The notes under the pieces are model-generated. The model was given only the letters and a program-made list of their open reading frames with translations. It was not told the origin of the DNA and made no database searches. A stretch of DNA of 51,080 nucleotides from a virus, in the IMG/VR virus record IMGVR_UViG_3300050501_000150, positions 1 to 51,080 of that record. One strand, written 5' to 3'. Shown in pieces: positions 30,761 through 39,854 of the stretch. A program made the position numbers and the translations under genes. The stretch's first letter is position 1. Every line of letters begins with the position of its first letter.

Positions 30761-33103
30761 TTACCTGAGTCTTTCAAGGCTCGCCCGCTGCAAAGTGATG
30801 ACGTTTGACGCGGAAGCCGTTCCCCATTGTATCGTGACGTCCACCAACTGATTCGCCGTAAAATCAATCGCCACAGCGCCCAGACTGCCCACGAAAAACA
30901 CCGGCGCCGCAGTCCCGGCGTTGATCGGCATCAGAGTGCCCCAGATTTCGAGCCTCACAGACCCGGCCGCGCCGATTGAATCAACGTGAATGTAAGCATC
31001 CAAGAACGATCTACCATTCGCCGTCCCGGTCGTGGCGTTGAAAGCCGTGGAATCGCCAATACTTGTGGCGCCCAACTTAACTCGCCAACGTATCGTTGGG
31101 GTTCCGGTCGTGGCATATGGGGCGTCGAGGTGCAGGCGATACAGAGAGCCAGCGGCCGCGGAGCCTGCCTCTATCGTGAGAGTTCCGCCGGTTGCCGCCG
31201 TCGCGCCGGTGAAGAGAGAGGTTTCAGTTACGGTATTGGCGATCGAGGTGCCATTTGTCGTGTTCGTGTAGAGGTTGGTAGAGATCGGGAAACGCTGGGT
31301 GGAGAGATTTTGCAGCGTCGAGCCGCTGGCGGTTTTCAGCGGATAGCGGAGAGAAACCAGGCCGGGAATCGCGTTTCCGGTTCCCTTGCCACCAGAAATA
31401 TCTAAATTAGCCCCGGCAATATTGCTGCCACTGCCGCCGGTCCCGAGGATTACGGCTCCTGCGGGAGAAGCATTGACGGTCCCGTTGCCAAGATAGGCCT
31501 CCGGCGTGTTGGTGACGACGAGTCGATCAGTGGCGTTGGTCTGTATAACGACAGACGCGGTACTCTTCGAGGCTAGATTTAACTGTACCGTGCCATCATC
31601 CCCTTGCGCGCTGAGACTGACCGCGTTACCTGTGGCGCTATTGGTCGCCCTCAGTTGGTTGACTGCTGATCCAGTGGCTGGCGTCTCTATGACCTCGTTG
31701 CCGGAACTGTCGTCAATCGAAGTAGTGATTCTTGGTCGAGTGGCGCGCAGGTTGGTCGAACCGAACGTGACGTTTGTTCCGTCCGTGCTGGCGCCAGTGG
31801 CGACAGACCACGTATCAACACCTGTCCGAAACGCGGCGCCGTTAGAGGCAAGCCCCTCGACGGCCGCAAGGTCGTTGGCCAATACCAGTGTTGGATCGCC
31901 TGCAATTCCAGCCGGATTGGTTATCGTAATTCCTGCCGCCGGCTGCGTCAGAGTGCGAGTGGTCCAGGTATTCGCCGCCGTGCGCGTGGCGAGGCCGGTT
32001 GTGGCAAGTCCCTCAACGGCGTTCAGATCGTTCGCTAAAACGAATGTCGGATCTCCAGCGGTCCCGGCCGGGTTCGTGATCGTGAAACCCGCCGCAGGCG
32101 CTTGCAGCGTTCTCGCTGCCCCTGTTCCCGCTCCGGTCCTTGCCCATATGCCATTCGTCGAGTTGCTTGCCAGCGCGTCGAGATCGGCGTCCGCGGTGAT
32201 ATTGGTTCGGCTGTTGCCTGCGTCATCGGCCGCCGTGAAAGACGTCCCGACGAAGTTGATCGTCTGCCGCTGCGGTAGATTCGACCCTTCTTCTTGGACT
32301 CTGTTTACCCCTGACGGCCCGGCCAGAAACAGCGTATCGCTGGTTATAGTGAATGCCGTGTCCAGGCTGAGCGTGTGCAGGACGTTGCCAGTGGTCTTGT
32401 AGTATAGAAGCTGGTTTGCGCTCCCGCTCGGTAATCTCGCGTCAATCTGGGTTGTGGTGTAGTAGTTGATCGGCGTGGGCGGTCCCGGATTAGGCGGGCT
32501 GTTGAACGTGCAAATCTGCGGCCAGCTTGTTGGCGTGGTCGCGGAGTCAAGCCGAAAGTCCGAGACACAGCCCGGATATGCCTGAATAAAAGCCCCGCCC
32601 GCTGTGTACAACCCCGCAAAGTATCTTGCCGTCTGCACATTGCTGTTGGTGGTGGCAGGCAGCGTAATCTGTGGAATATGCGCCACGTTCTGCGCGCCGT
32701 CAGTAATAACGCTCACGCCATAACGCCTGAACCATGCCGAACTCCCCGGCGCGCCAGATTGAGCGACATAGGTTTCCCCGCTTGGCGTGAACGGCGCCGT
32801 TACGTACACCCGCAAATGGACGAACTTATGCAGGGTTCCGGTGACAGTGCCTGAACTCTCAGCATAAGCCGTCGTCAGCGTTAGCGCCGATCTGCTCGTC
32901 ACAGTCGCCACGGTATAAGCGACGCCAGTGGAGAATGTGATCTTGAACCCGCCGAGGCCGACGACGCTTTGCGGTAAGAAATTCGTTCCGGTAACGGTGG
33001 TTAATCCAAGCGTGACCGTCATGCCCGTCAGGCTTAGATCCGTCCCAATCCCGCTGGGTTGAAAGCCCGATATTGTCGCCGCGCCGATTACTATATCGCT
33101 CAT
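30761..33103 (-). CDS. Tail fibre/spike protein
   Basis: 780 aa, Thr/Gly/Ala-rich. Three tandem ~50-aa repeats (ITITNPAG.AGDPT.VLANDL.AVEGLA...) typical of phage fibres. Confidence 0.85.
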   Translation of the reverse strand: MSDIVIGAATISGFQPSGIGTDLSLTGMTVTLGLTTVTGTNFLPQSVVGLGGFKITFSTGVAYTVATVTSRSALTLTTAYAESSGTVTGTLHKFVHLRVYVTAPFTPSGETYVAQSGAPGSSAWFRRYGVSVITDGAQNVAHIPQITLPATTNSNVQTARYFAGLYTAGGAFIQAYPGCVSDFRLDSATTPTSWPQICTFNSPPNPGPPTPINYYTTTQIDARLPSGSANQLLYYKTTGNVLHTLSLDTAFTITSDTLFLAGPSGVNRVQEEGSNLPQRQTINFVGTSFTAADDAGNSRTNITADADLDALASNSTNGIWARTGAGTGAARTLQAPAAGFTITNPAGTAGDPTFVLANDLNAVEGLATTGLATRTAANTWTTRTLTQPAAGITITNPAGIAGDPTLVLANDLAAVEGLASNGAAFRTGVDTWSVATGASTDGTNVTFGSTNLRATRPRITTSIDDSSGNEVIETPATGSAVNQLRATNSATGNAVSLSAQGDDGTVQLNLASKSTASVVIQTNATDRLVVTNTPEAYLGNGTVNASPAGAVILGTGGSGSNIAGANLDISGGKGTGNAIPGLVSLRYPLKTASGSTLQNLSTQRFPISTNLYTNTTNGTSIANTVTETSLFTGATAATGGTLTIEAGSAAAGSLYRLHLDAPYATTGTPTIRWRVKLGATSIGDSTAFNATTGTANGRSFLDAYIHVDSIGAAGSVRLEIWGTLMPINAGTAAPVFFVGSLGAVAIDFTANQLVDVTIQWGTASASNVITLQRASLERLR
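31805..32269 (-). repeat. Three tandem ~50-aa coding repeats inside the tail fibre
   Basis: Residues ~279-332, 333-383 and 384-433. Repeats 2 and 3 are nearly identical in motif order. Confidence 0.75.
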
Positions 33104-33646
33104 TTATCCCCCGAAGACGCCGCCAATCGCTCTCAGTGCCGCCTGTTGCCAGAATCCCGGCTGCGGTTGAACTATTTGGGTGTTGTAGCCGGACATTGAG
33201 CCCCTGCCGCTCGAACTGCCGCCGGTCTGTAGAATCTGCGGTAGCAATCTTTCAAATCTTGAAAGATTGGCGTTAGTCGTCATTGCGCGGCGGGCGTTGT
33301 TGCCTTGTTGATTTAAATATTCAGCCTGCTGCCCCTCATGCGCGCCCTGAGATTGAATGTCGCGCTGTTCTTTTGCCGCATTCGCCTCACGTATGAATCG
33401 AGGAACGCCGAAGTTGAAAGCCGAATTTGCGCGGTTTTCCGCCGCCTGTGAGGCTAATGAAGTCCTGCGGGCCACGCCTGGATCGACACTCGTGTCGCTG
33501 CCGTAGTCGAGAGGTTGGGATAGATACGCCTGCGCTTCCGGCGTGTTGGCGATCGAGAATGGCGCATAAGTATTGGTCTGCTGCTGTTGTTGCTGTTGCT
33601 GTTGCTGGTATGGCGCCTGAACGGGTTTAGGTTTTGAAGAACCCAT
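33104..33646 (-). CDS. Gln-rich virion-associated protein with a Q10 tract
   Basis: 180 aa with GAGGT SD. Contains YQQQQQQQQQQT. Confidence 0.7.
   Translation of the reverse strand: MGSSKPKPVQAPYQQQQQQQQQQTNTYAPFSIANTPEAQAYLSQPLDYGSDTSVDPGVARRTSLASQAAENRANSAFNFGVPRFIREANAAKEQRDIQSQGAHEGQQAEYLNQQGNNARRAMTTNANLSRFERLLPQILQTGGSSSGRGSMSGYNTQIVQPQPGFWQQAALRAIGGVFGG
33578..33607 (-). repeat. (CAG/CAA)10 trinucleotide tract encoding Q10
   Basis: Plus-strand sequence is CTGCTGCTGTTGTTGCTGTTGCTGTTGCTG. Confidence 0.95.
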
Positions 33647-34082
33647 TTTGATACCTCGATTTTGTCAACATAAAATATCTGATCTCCGGCGTGTATCCCC
33701 ATTCCCGCATGCCGCAACGGATTGCCAGGCGAGAGGCGGCGTGGTTGTCGTGCGGGATTCTGGCCGTCAACGCCGTAAATCCCTTATTAAACAGATCGCC
33801 CGCAGTCTTGAGTAAAACTTGAGCCAGGGAGTTGGGGTGTATTCTGTGTCTTGCGGTAACGACGTGATAAGCCGCCATATTGTGAGAGATTCTTTCCAGC
33901 GACAGGCACCCGATGAATGACGAACCCTCATATAAACCAAAATGCGCCCATTTCGGCGCATTCATTTCGGCGGCATACCGATCCCAATCTGTGTCTTGCG
34001 GCTGTGGGCCGAACTCCCATTCGGCGACTTGCGGATACTGATCCGCTCGCAATGGCTCTAAGTGAATGCTATCAGCCGCCAT
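33627..34082 (-). CDS. GNAT-like N-acetyltransferase
   Basis: 151 aa. The C-terminal half (SLAQVLLKTAGDLFNKGFTALTARIPHDNHAASRLAIRCGMREWG) resembles the RimJ/RimL-type GNAT core. Confidence 0.5.
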   Translation of the reverse strand: MAADSIHLEPLRADQYPQVAEWEFGPQPQDTDWDRYAAEMNAPKWAHFGLYEGSSFIGCLSLERISHNMAAYHVVTARHRIHPNSLAQVLLKTAGDLFNKGFTALTARIPHDNHAASRLAIRCGMREWGYTPEIRYFMLTKSRYQNGFFKT

Positions 34083-34516
34083 CTTGTCGTCGTGCCGTCA
34101 TATGTTAACCGCGCTGAGCGGTCAGGCTGGATGGTGACACTCGCCGCGGTTCCGGTGATGATCCTGTTCTCCGCCGCAGAGCCTGCGTTTTGGTTTCTCA
34201 ATACAATGTTATTTACGCCAACATTCATAATTTCCACTTGCCGCCCCGCTTTGACATTGGAAAATCCCGTTACATCCTGCGCGCCGCCTGTCGCAGTAGC
34301 GCGAAACGACGTCCCCGTAGGCAACAACAAATCATTCGCCGCTGCCGAAATATCCGGCAACGTCACCTGTTCGAGAATGGAAGACGCCGCCGGCGAGATC
34401 GCCAGCGCATTGCTTATCTGGCTGATTATGCCGGGATCTAGGCCAACATCACCACCGATCGGCTCATCAAAGACAAACCTTTCCTCGCCCTCAAAGCCAA
34501 ATCGCGGGTTTGCCAC
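34058..34516 (-). CDS. Tail-associated structural protein
   Basis: 152 aa. GTG start 6 nt after GAGGA. Beta-rich C-terminus ending TYDGTTTRWRLIAFT. Confidence 0.65.
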   Translation of the reverse strand: MANPRFGFEGEERFVFDEPIGGDVGLDPGIISQISNALAISPAASSILEQVTLPDISAAANDLLLPTGTSFRATATGGAQDVTGFSNVKAGRQVEIMNVGVNNIVLRNQNAGSAAENRIITGTAASVTIQPDRSARLTYDGTTTRWRLIAFT

Positions 34517-36576
34517 TACCTATCCTCGCCCTGCGTCTGACCGCGGACTACCAACTTGTCGAAGGTTCCGTCGTTGGAAGCAAAATCAACCCTGAACGCG
34601 TGCGCGTCGCCGCGGATATTCGTCTTAATGGCAGGTTCCAATTTATTGGCGGTGTCCGAAAGCGTGAATGTCGCTGCGGCCTGCCCTAGATCTGTCACGT
34701 CCGGGACTGCCGCGTCAGGCGTGGCGGCGTAGACGCTGACACTGCCGAGCTTGCCCGCTGCCGTGATAACTTTCACCCTATCGGACTTCAGCGCATTGGG
34801 ATCGTAGTATTGGCTGGCGGAATATCTTGTCCCGCCAATCCCAGCGCCACCTTCCCATTGATTCACCCGGTAATTGCCGCCAGAAAGATAAGTCACATAC
34901 AGCTTGGCGTTCACTACCGCGGCGTCGATAATCCTGGCCGAGAAGTTGATCGGCGGCCCCCACTGCTCGAACTGTGTCATCCAGGGGAGAACTTCCGTTG
35001 TGCTGCCGTTGTCGTGGATGTATAAAACCGCCGCGTTGTCAGGGTCCACAGTCACAATCACTCGCGCGCCGTTCCAGTCCGCCATGTCATCCCAGACCGG
35101 TTCGCCGAACTCAACGTCGATGTTTTCCCGCGCTCGCGTCCGTAATGGCTTGATCGAATAGCCGTAGAAGTAATCCTTGTAGAGACAGCCGTTCGTGGAA
35201 GCCTGAAAGCCCGGCTCGGCGACAACCCGGACCGTAAAAGGCGCGTCAGGTTCCCCACCGAGGCTGGCGACTTCGAGGCCGGTCGTCGTCATCAGGTATA
35301 GCGGCCCGTCCGCCCCCAGCACATTCACCAAATTACTGCCGGAGTCGGTACGGATTCGCAGCAAGCTCACATGTTCCGGGTTGTCATCGCGCATCGCTGC
35401 CAAGACGTTGCCGGTGACTGCCGTAAATGTCCCCGTACTGTCGGGATCTGCGATTCCCCAACCCAACACCCGGCCGGCGTATTTAACGATTCCGGCCGCT
35501 CTCGGCAGGCGTTGGGTGTCCCTCGAAATCAACTCCAGCAACTCGCTGTTGTACCAATCGCCGGCGACGGAGGTGAGCTGCATAGTCGAGCCGGGACTCG
35601 TCGGCCCGACCCACGGGGTTAAAATTGAGGCTGTCGTGTCGGAATCAACTGAGGTGATATCGTTCGGAAGTCCATTGGCCACGAACTGATCACCACGGGC
35701 CAGGTCCTGAGTAAAGCGCGTCCCCACGCCTGCGGTTATGGTTGTCGTTCCGTTGGTGACTGTAAACGTTCCCCTCGGCTGATTTCTGATATATCGAATG
35801 ACATGCAATTCGCCGCTCTGATCGTTCCACCGCGTACCACAAAACAACCAACCGTCCTGACCGGATACCGCAGTCGGCAAAACAACCCTTAAAATGTCGA
35901 GCGTGGCCGGCGTGCAAGTGCGGTAATAAGTGTCCGAGGGCGGCCCCCATGCGTTCGTGGTCGAGCGCCAGGGCGCCAGGGCCACGCCGATTGTCCCGGT
36001 CATATTCTTGAGGCCGGGCGAATGAACGACGGTCACGGATGCAGACAAGAGAGTCGGCTTGTCGAAACCGGCGTCATAGACGTTGTATCCACCTACGCCG
36101 TCAGGCACGGCCACGCGAAGCCGCCCAGCGGTCGAGGATGTCGTCAGACCCGTCACCGCCACTTCATCCAAGTAGACCTGTCCGCTGGGTTCCTGGGAAA
36201 GATAGAACAAGACGGCGTTGTCGTAGCGAATCAGGCTGGCGTAGGGTAGAAGATCGCCGGACAATCCGCCGGCAATCGTGGCGCGTTGAGTGTCAGCCGC
36301 GAATATCCTAGCGCCAACATTCGTGGAAGAGGTTTGAAGCAGGCCGTTCGCCACGTCGAGCTTCCCCCGCGCCCGGAGCCAGACATTCGAGCCTGCCTTT
36401 ATGGTGCGCTGGAGGTCTTCAGGCGATAGATTCTGCGCTGACGGGAAATATCCGCCGCTGAAATCGACGGTTAAAGAGTCTTCGCGGTCAGGCGTTGGCA
36501 TTGGTTGACTTCGTGGCGACGATGCTGACGAGTTCCTGAATTGCCATGTCTTCCAATTCGGCCGGAACATTGTCAA
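34516..36576 (-). CDS. Large tail structural protein (tubular/nozzle-like by size and position)
   Basis: 686-aa ORF. Start uncertain (TTG 36576, ATG 36570 or ATG 36501). Overlaps the upstream gene. Confidence 0.6.
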   Translation of the reverse strand: MTMFRPNWKTWQFRNSSASSPRSQPMPTPDREDSLTVDFSGGYFPSAQNLSPEDLQRTIKAGSNVWLRARGKLDVANGLLQTSSTNVGARIFAADTQRATIAGGLSGDLLPYASLIRYDNAVLFYLSQEPSGQVYLDEVAVTGLTTSSTAGRLRVAVPDGVGGYNVYDAGFDKPTLLSASVTVVHSPGLKNMTGTIGVALAPWRSTTNAWGPPSDTYYRTCTPATLDILRVVLPTAVSGQDGWLFCGTRWNDQSGELHVIRYIRNQPRGTFTVTNGTTTITAGVGTRFTQDLARGDQFVANGLPNDITSVDSDTTASILTPWVGPTSPGSTMQLTSVAGDWYNSELLELISRDTQRLPRAAGIVKYAGRVLGWGIADPDSTGTFTAVTGNVLAAMRDDNPEHVSLLRIRTDSGSNLVNVLGADGPLYLMTTTGLEVASLGGEPDAPFTVRVVAEPGFQASTNGCLYKDYFYGYSIKPLRTRARENIDVEFGEPVWDDMADWNGARVIVTVDPDNAAVLYIHDNGSTTEVLPWMTQFEQWGPPINFSARIIDAAVVNAKLYVTYLSGGNYRVNQWEGGAGIGGTRYSASQYYDPNALKSDRVKVITAAGKLGSVSVYAATPDAAVPDVTDLGQAAATFTLSDTANKLEPAIKTNIRGDAHAFRVDFASNDGTFDKLVVRGQTQGEDR

Positions 36577-37066
36577 CGACGGCAGGTTGAAAACTGGCGA
36601 CCACGGAAAGAGGCGTCGCGGCGGATTGAATGTCTGCAGGCCCGTTTACGACAGCATCAATCGCGCGAGTCAGAATCTTGCGGTCTTTCAGGCAGTAATA
36701 GCCGAAGACAGTCAACTGCGGACCTAGAAAGTCGGAATAATGGGTGAGAGGCTTTAAAATGTTATTGCTGCCATCCGTCACCGCTCCGAACCTGATCCCG
36801 TCCATCAGGATCTCGCCGGCGACGCCTGTAATACTTCCCGTTGCGGCCAGGGGATCGCCGACGCCTGAAGCGTCGAGGGCGACGGAGTAGGTTTGCTGGA
36901 GTAGGCTTCTATATGAATCATCCTCCATCACCTTTTGAGCCAAACTTGCCAGCGCCTGATCGACACAAGCCGCCATGTCAATCTCAGCCTCCGGCCAGAC
37001 GTGCGGTTGCGGTTGCCCGGCGTTCAGTTGGCGGCGCGCCCTTTCAACTAACTCAGGAAAAGTCAT
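36488..37066 (-). CDS. Virion structural protein (head-tail joining region)
   Basis: 192-aa ORF in the structural operon. Confidence 0.6.
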   Translation of the reverse strand: MTFPELVERARRQLNAGQPQPHVWPEAEIDMAACVDQALASLAQKVMEDDSYRSLLQQTYSVALDASGVGDPLAATGSITGVAGEILMDGIRFGAVTDGSNNILKPLTHYSDFLGPQLTVFGYYCLKDRKILTRAIDAVVNGPADIQSAATPLSVVASFQPAVVDNVPAELEDMAIQELVSIVATKSTNANA

Positions 37067-37086
37067 TTATGGGATATGAGTAGCCG

Positions 37087-37095
37087 TGTTAAAAT
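37087..37095 (+). promoter_or_regulatory. Extended -10 element (TGtTAAAAT) 6 nt upstream of a leaderless-type ATG
   Basis: TG at 37087-88, TAAAAT at 37090-95, ATG at 37102, no SD in between. Confidence 0.4.
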
Positions 37096-37101
37096 GAAAA
37101 T

Positions 37102-37383
37102 ATGAAACGTCGCAATTTCCTATTCAGCACATTGGCAGCTTGTTTCGTCCCGATCCGCAAGATATTCGGCCATCAAGCCGTCGACTTGACGGCTACGCAA
37201 TTTCTCGACATTAAAGCAACTTGGCTAACTGGCTCGGTAAACAACCTGATCAAGCTAGGCCCGGAGTTCTACGAACCAATAAGCGGCGACATGTTCACTA
37301 TCACCGAAGTGACCCTAGCGCCTGGCGAGAGCGTAACAATTGAATATGACGGGAAAACGGGGAAACCTCGGATTCTGAAATAA
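37102..37383 (+). CDS. Secreted protein/lipoprotein moron (RR-containing signal peptide, LAAC lipobox)
   Basis: 93 aa. MKRRNFLFSTLAAC: twin-Arg RRNFL plus an L-A-A-C lipobox. Opposite strand, wedged between two structural genes. Confidence 0.6.
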   Translation: MKRRNFLFSTLAACFVPIRKIFGHQAVDLTATQFLDIKATWLTGSVNNLIKLGPEFYEPISGDMFTITEVTLAPGESVTIEYDGKTGKPRILK

Positions 37384-38094
37384 TCACGTCGAAGACGGCG
37401 CGGCCTGCGCCTTGCCGTAGAGTTCCGGCTGTCCGTATGTGCGAATCTGCGCAATGTGCGCCAACCAACAAGTATTGGCCCCTCCGTACAATGGAGCGAA
37501 TGCGCTCTCCTTCAAGGCGAGTTTGGCCACTGTACCCCACACCAAGCCGCCCTCATGCCAATCATCCAAAGCTATGGCCCCGGTGAAACTCGACGGACGC
37601 GTATAGACGCAGACACCCATAATCACATTGGTTCTGGTGTGTTCGATCCTGCCGTCGTTTATGGCGTAGTAATAGGGCGAGAAGCCGGTGTAGATCGTGG
37701 AAGAGTAGTTATTGAAGCTGCGCACGGCATCAAGCGGGATAGGCAGACAAGCCTTATTGTCGCTTGCGTCTCTTACGAACCGTGGAAGGCCGATTATCCT
37801 TGCCCCGCCGCTGCCTGTCTGGGGAATGTCGGCCAGGTTGGCAAGGCTGCTTGTCACATCCGCAAACCGCGAGCGTTCCGGGTTCTTCGGCGTGCTGGCG
37901 ATCGCTTCCACAATCTCCCCGAGCGTGGCGGCAAGCGCGTCATTCACCATTGACGGGACGAAATCCGGCCCAATCACCGTGCTGGTTGTCGGACTGGCGG
38001 TGTAGTTCGTGTCCGCGGTGGTCGCAGTGGCGCCAGTCACCGCGCCGAGTTCGTTTAGAACCTGCTGGATTACTTTCTCGTAAGTGATGGCCAT
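37384..38094 (-). CDS. Virion structural protein
   Basis: 236-aa ORF. 1-nt overlap with the upstream gene. Confidence 0.6.
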   Translation of the reverse strand: MAITYEKVIQQVLNELGAVTGATATTADTNYTASPTTSTVIGPDFVPSMVNDALAATLGEIVEAIASTPKNPERSRFADVTSSLANLADIPQTGSGGARIIGLPRFVRDASDNKACLPIPLDAVRSFNNYSSTIYTGFSPYYYAINDGRIEHTRTNVIMGVCVYTRPSSFTGAIALDDWHEGGLVWGTVAKLALKESAFAPLYGGANTCWLAHIAQIRTYGQPELYGKAQAAPSST

Positions 38095-38408
38095 TAGGAC
38101 AGGATCAGAATTGTAAAATCATCGGTCGCGTTGGTGCAGATATACCAAATGTCATCTGTACGCGGGATGTCCAAAACCAATGGTGGATCGGTCTTCATGA
38201 CTTCAATGCCGCTTGTGATGTCGCTCGTTCCGTCCGCCTTTGTCACGCCGGCAGTGAAACCTATATAGACGCTTCCCGCATTATCACCGGCCGCACGGAT
38301 GAGAACTCGTTTACATGGGCGCCGCAAGTTTGACGGTATCTGCACCGCCGTGGCTGATCCCGCAACCTCGCCGGTAAACGCCTGCGTAAATCCGATATAT
38401 CCAGTCAT
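38094..38408 (-). CDS. Small beta-rich virion protein
   Basis: 104 aa. VLIRAAGDNAGSVYIGF... Confidence 0.6.
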   Translation of the reverse strand: MTGYIGFTQAFTGEVAGSATAVQIPSNLRRPCKRVLIRAAGDNAGSVYIGFTAGVTKADGTSDITSGIEVMKTDPPLVLDIPRTDDIWYICTNATDDFTILILS

Positions 38409-38532
38409 AATCAGAATTTCCTGTTATTGCCTACTCGCGGATTGTATAATGACCGAGAAATAAAACGAGCCGTCGCTGTGCTGGTAACACCGCGAACGGC
38501 CCTAACCACAAACGAAAGGATCAGTTTCGATT

Positions 38533-39069
38533 ATGGCTAAGCCAAATCCTACGCTACCCCCACTAAGCGAACAAGACATCCAGCGCTTCCACTCTAAAAT
38601 CAAAAAGGGAACACCCGATGACTGCTGGCCCTGGCTGGGCGTGCAAGACAGAGATGGATATGGACTATTCAAGGTCACTAATGCCCGTTTAGGCGTTCGC
38701 AAAATGTTGAAAGCCCACCGAGTGAGCTATTACCTACACCGTAAACAAGATCCAAGTGGCTTTTTAGTTCTACACTCTTGTGATAATCCGCCATGTAACA
38801 ATCCCGCACACCTGAGGACGGGTACAACCCTAGATAACTCCCGCGATCAGGTAAGCAAGGGACGGCATATGTACGGCGCGAAGCAGAAAAACGCTGTATT
38901 CACCGATGCGCTAGTACGCAAAATCCGCGAAATGCATGAGAAAGTTGCCAAGACGATGAAACCCGGCAACCGTGGTAAATTTCGTCGACGTGTAGCAAGA
39001 CTGTTCAACGTTAGCGAAGTTACCATTCAAAAAATCGTTCATAAAAAACAGTGGAGGCATACTCTCTAA
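38533..39069 (+). CDS. Free-standing HNH homing endonuclease
   Basis: 178 aa. CWPWLG..DRDGYG...AHRVSYYL...LHSCDNPPCNNPAHLRTGT..DN. Opposite strand, lower GC, overlaps the neighbouring stop by 4 nt. Confidence 0.9.
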   Translation: MAKPNPTLPPLSEQDIQRFHSKIKKGTPDDCWPWLGVQDRDGYGLFKVTNARLGVRKMLKAHRVSYYLHRKQDPSGFLVLHSCDNPPCNNPAHLRTGTTLDNSRDQVSKGRHMYGAKQKNAVFTDALVRKIREMHEKVAKTMKPGNRGKFRRRVARLFNVSEVTIQKIVHKKQWRHTL

Positions 39070-39854
39070 ATGCCCCACCCCGACACCATACGCCCTCCAC
39101 CATAACCCCATTCCGACTCGAAATCCTCGCCGTATCCCAACCTCTCTGTAACCCCATCCCTGCTGCCCATAGCCTTGTAGGCGTCGAATTGCTTCTGATA
39201 GATCGCCTCATCGTGGACCAGAGAGTCACGAATGGCCCTTGTCTTCAACTCCCACGCCTTCGGGTTGCCCTCAATCGTAATTGCTCCCCATTCACAATGC
39301 GGCAAGCCAGACATGGCGGTTTGAACGCGAACCAAGTGATGAAACGACGCGAGGCCCGGACTGTCGCCCAATGATCCAAACTCATAATTTTGCTCGAACC
39401 ACACCACGTAATCACCGGATGCGTTCGGGATCGGGACTGGTCGAGCGTACCAGGCGGGGCTTGCCGTCCCGCGTCTGTAAAACACCATTTCAGCTGCCGA
39501 CCATTGAGAAGCTGAGCCGGTTTGCTGCGACCCCTGATATCTTTGATCCGCGTCCTGCATCAGCGTGAATGGGATCTCACAGCGGTTATGGTAGGGATTC
39601 GTTAGATCCTGCGTATAAACCAGAAATGGCCGGCCGAATTGCGCCCCGGTGACGATGTAATCTTCCTGGCCCGGCGACGTGGTGAGCGTGTAGGATTCAA
39701 GACCCCAGTGGTTGCGCGTGTTCTGCAACTGCGCTTGATGATGGAGAAGCTGATCAACCAGAAAGTTCAACAGCATCCCGTCATCCGGCGCCTGGGGATT
39801 GGGATTCCCAAGACGGCGGCGGATCCCAGACAGGTTTTCTTGATTGGTGGCCAT
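39066..39854 (-). CDS. Virion structural protein (adaptor-like by position)
   Basis: 262-aa ORF in the structural operon. Confidence 0.55.
   Translation of the reverse strand: MATNQENLSGIRRRLGNPNPQAPDDGMLLNFLVDQLLHHQAQLQNTRNHWGLESYTLTTSPGQEDYIVTGAQFGRPFLVYTQDLTNPYHNRCEIPFTLMQDADQRYQGSQQTGSASQWSAAEMVFYRRGTASPAWYARPVPIPNASGDYVVWFEQNYEFGSLGDSPGLASFHHLVRVQTAMSGLPHCEWGAITIEGNPKAWELKTRAIRDSLVHDEAIYQKQFDAYKAMGSRDGVTERLGYGEDFESEWGYGGGRMVSGWGI

Noticed and set aside
31506-32402. 298-aa plus-strand ORF, and many similar antisense ORFs inside large minus-strand genes
   Set aside because: It lies fully antisense to the tail-fibre gene, has low-complexity Ala/Val/Pro-rich composition and has no SD. This is typical of a shadow ORF in GC-rich coding sequence.
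30761-33103. Diversity-generating retroelement targeting the tail fibre
   Set aside because: The window contains no reverse transcriptase ORF and no non-coding template copy of the fibre C-terminus. The internal repeats are ordinary shaft repeats.
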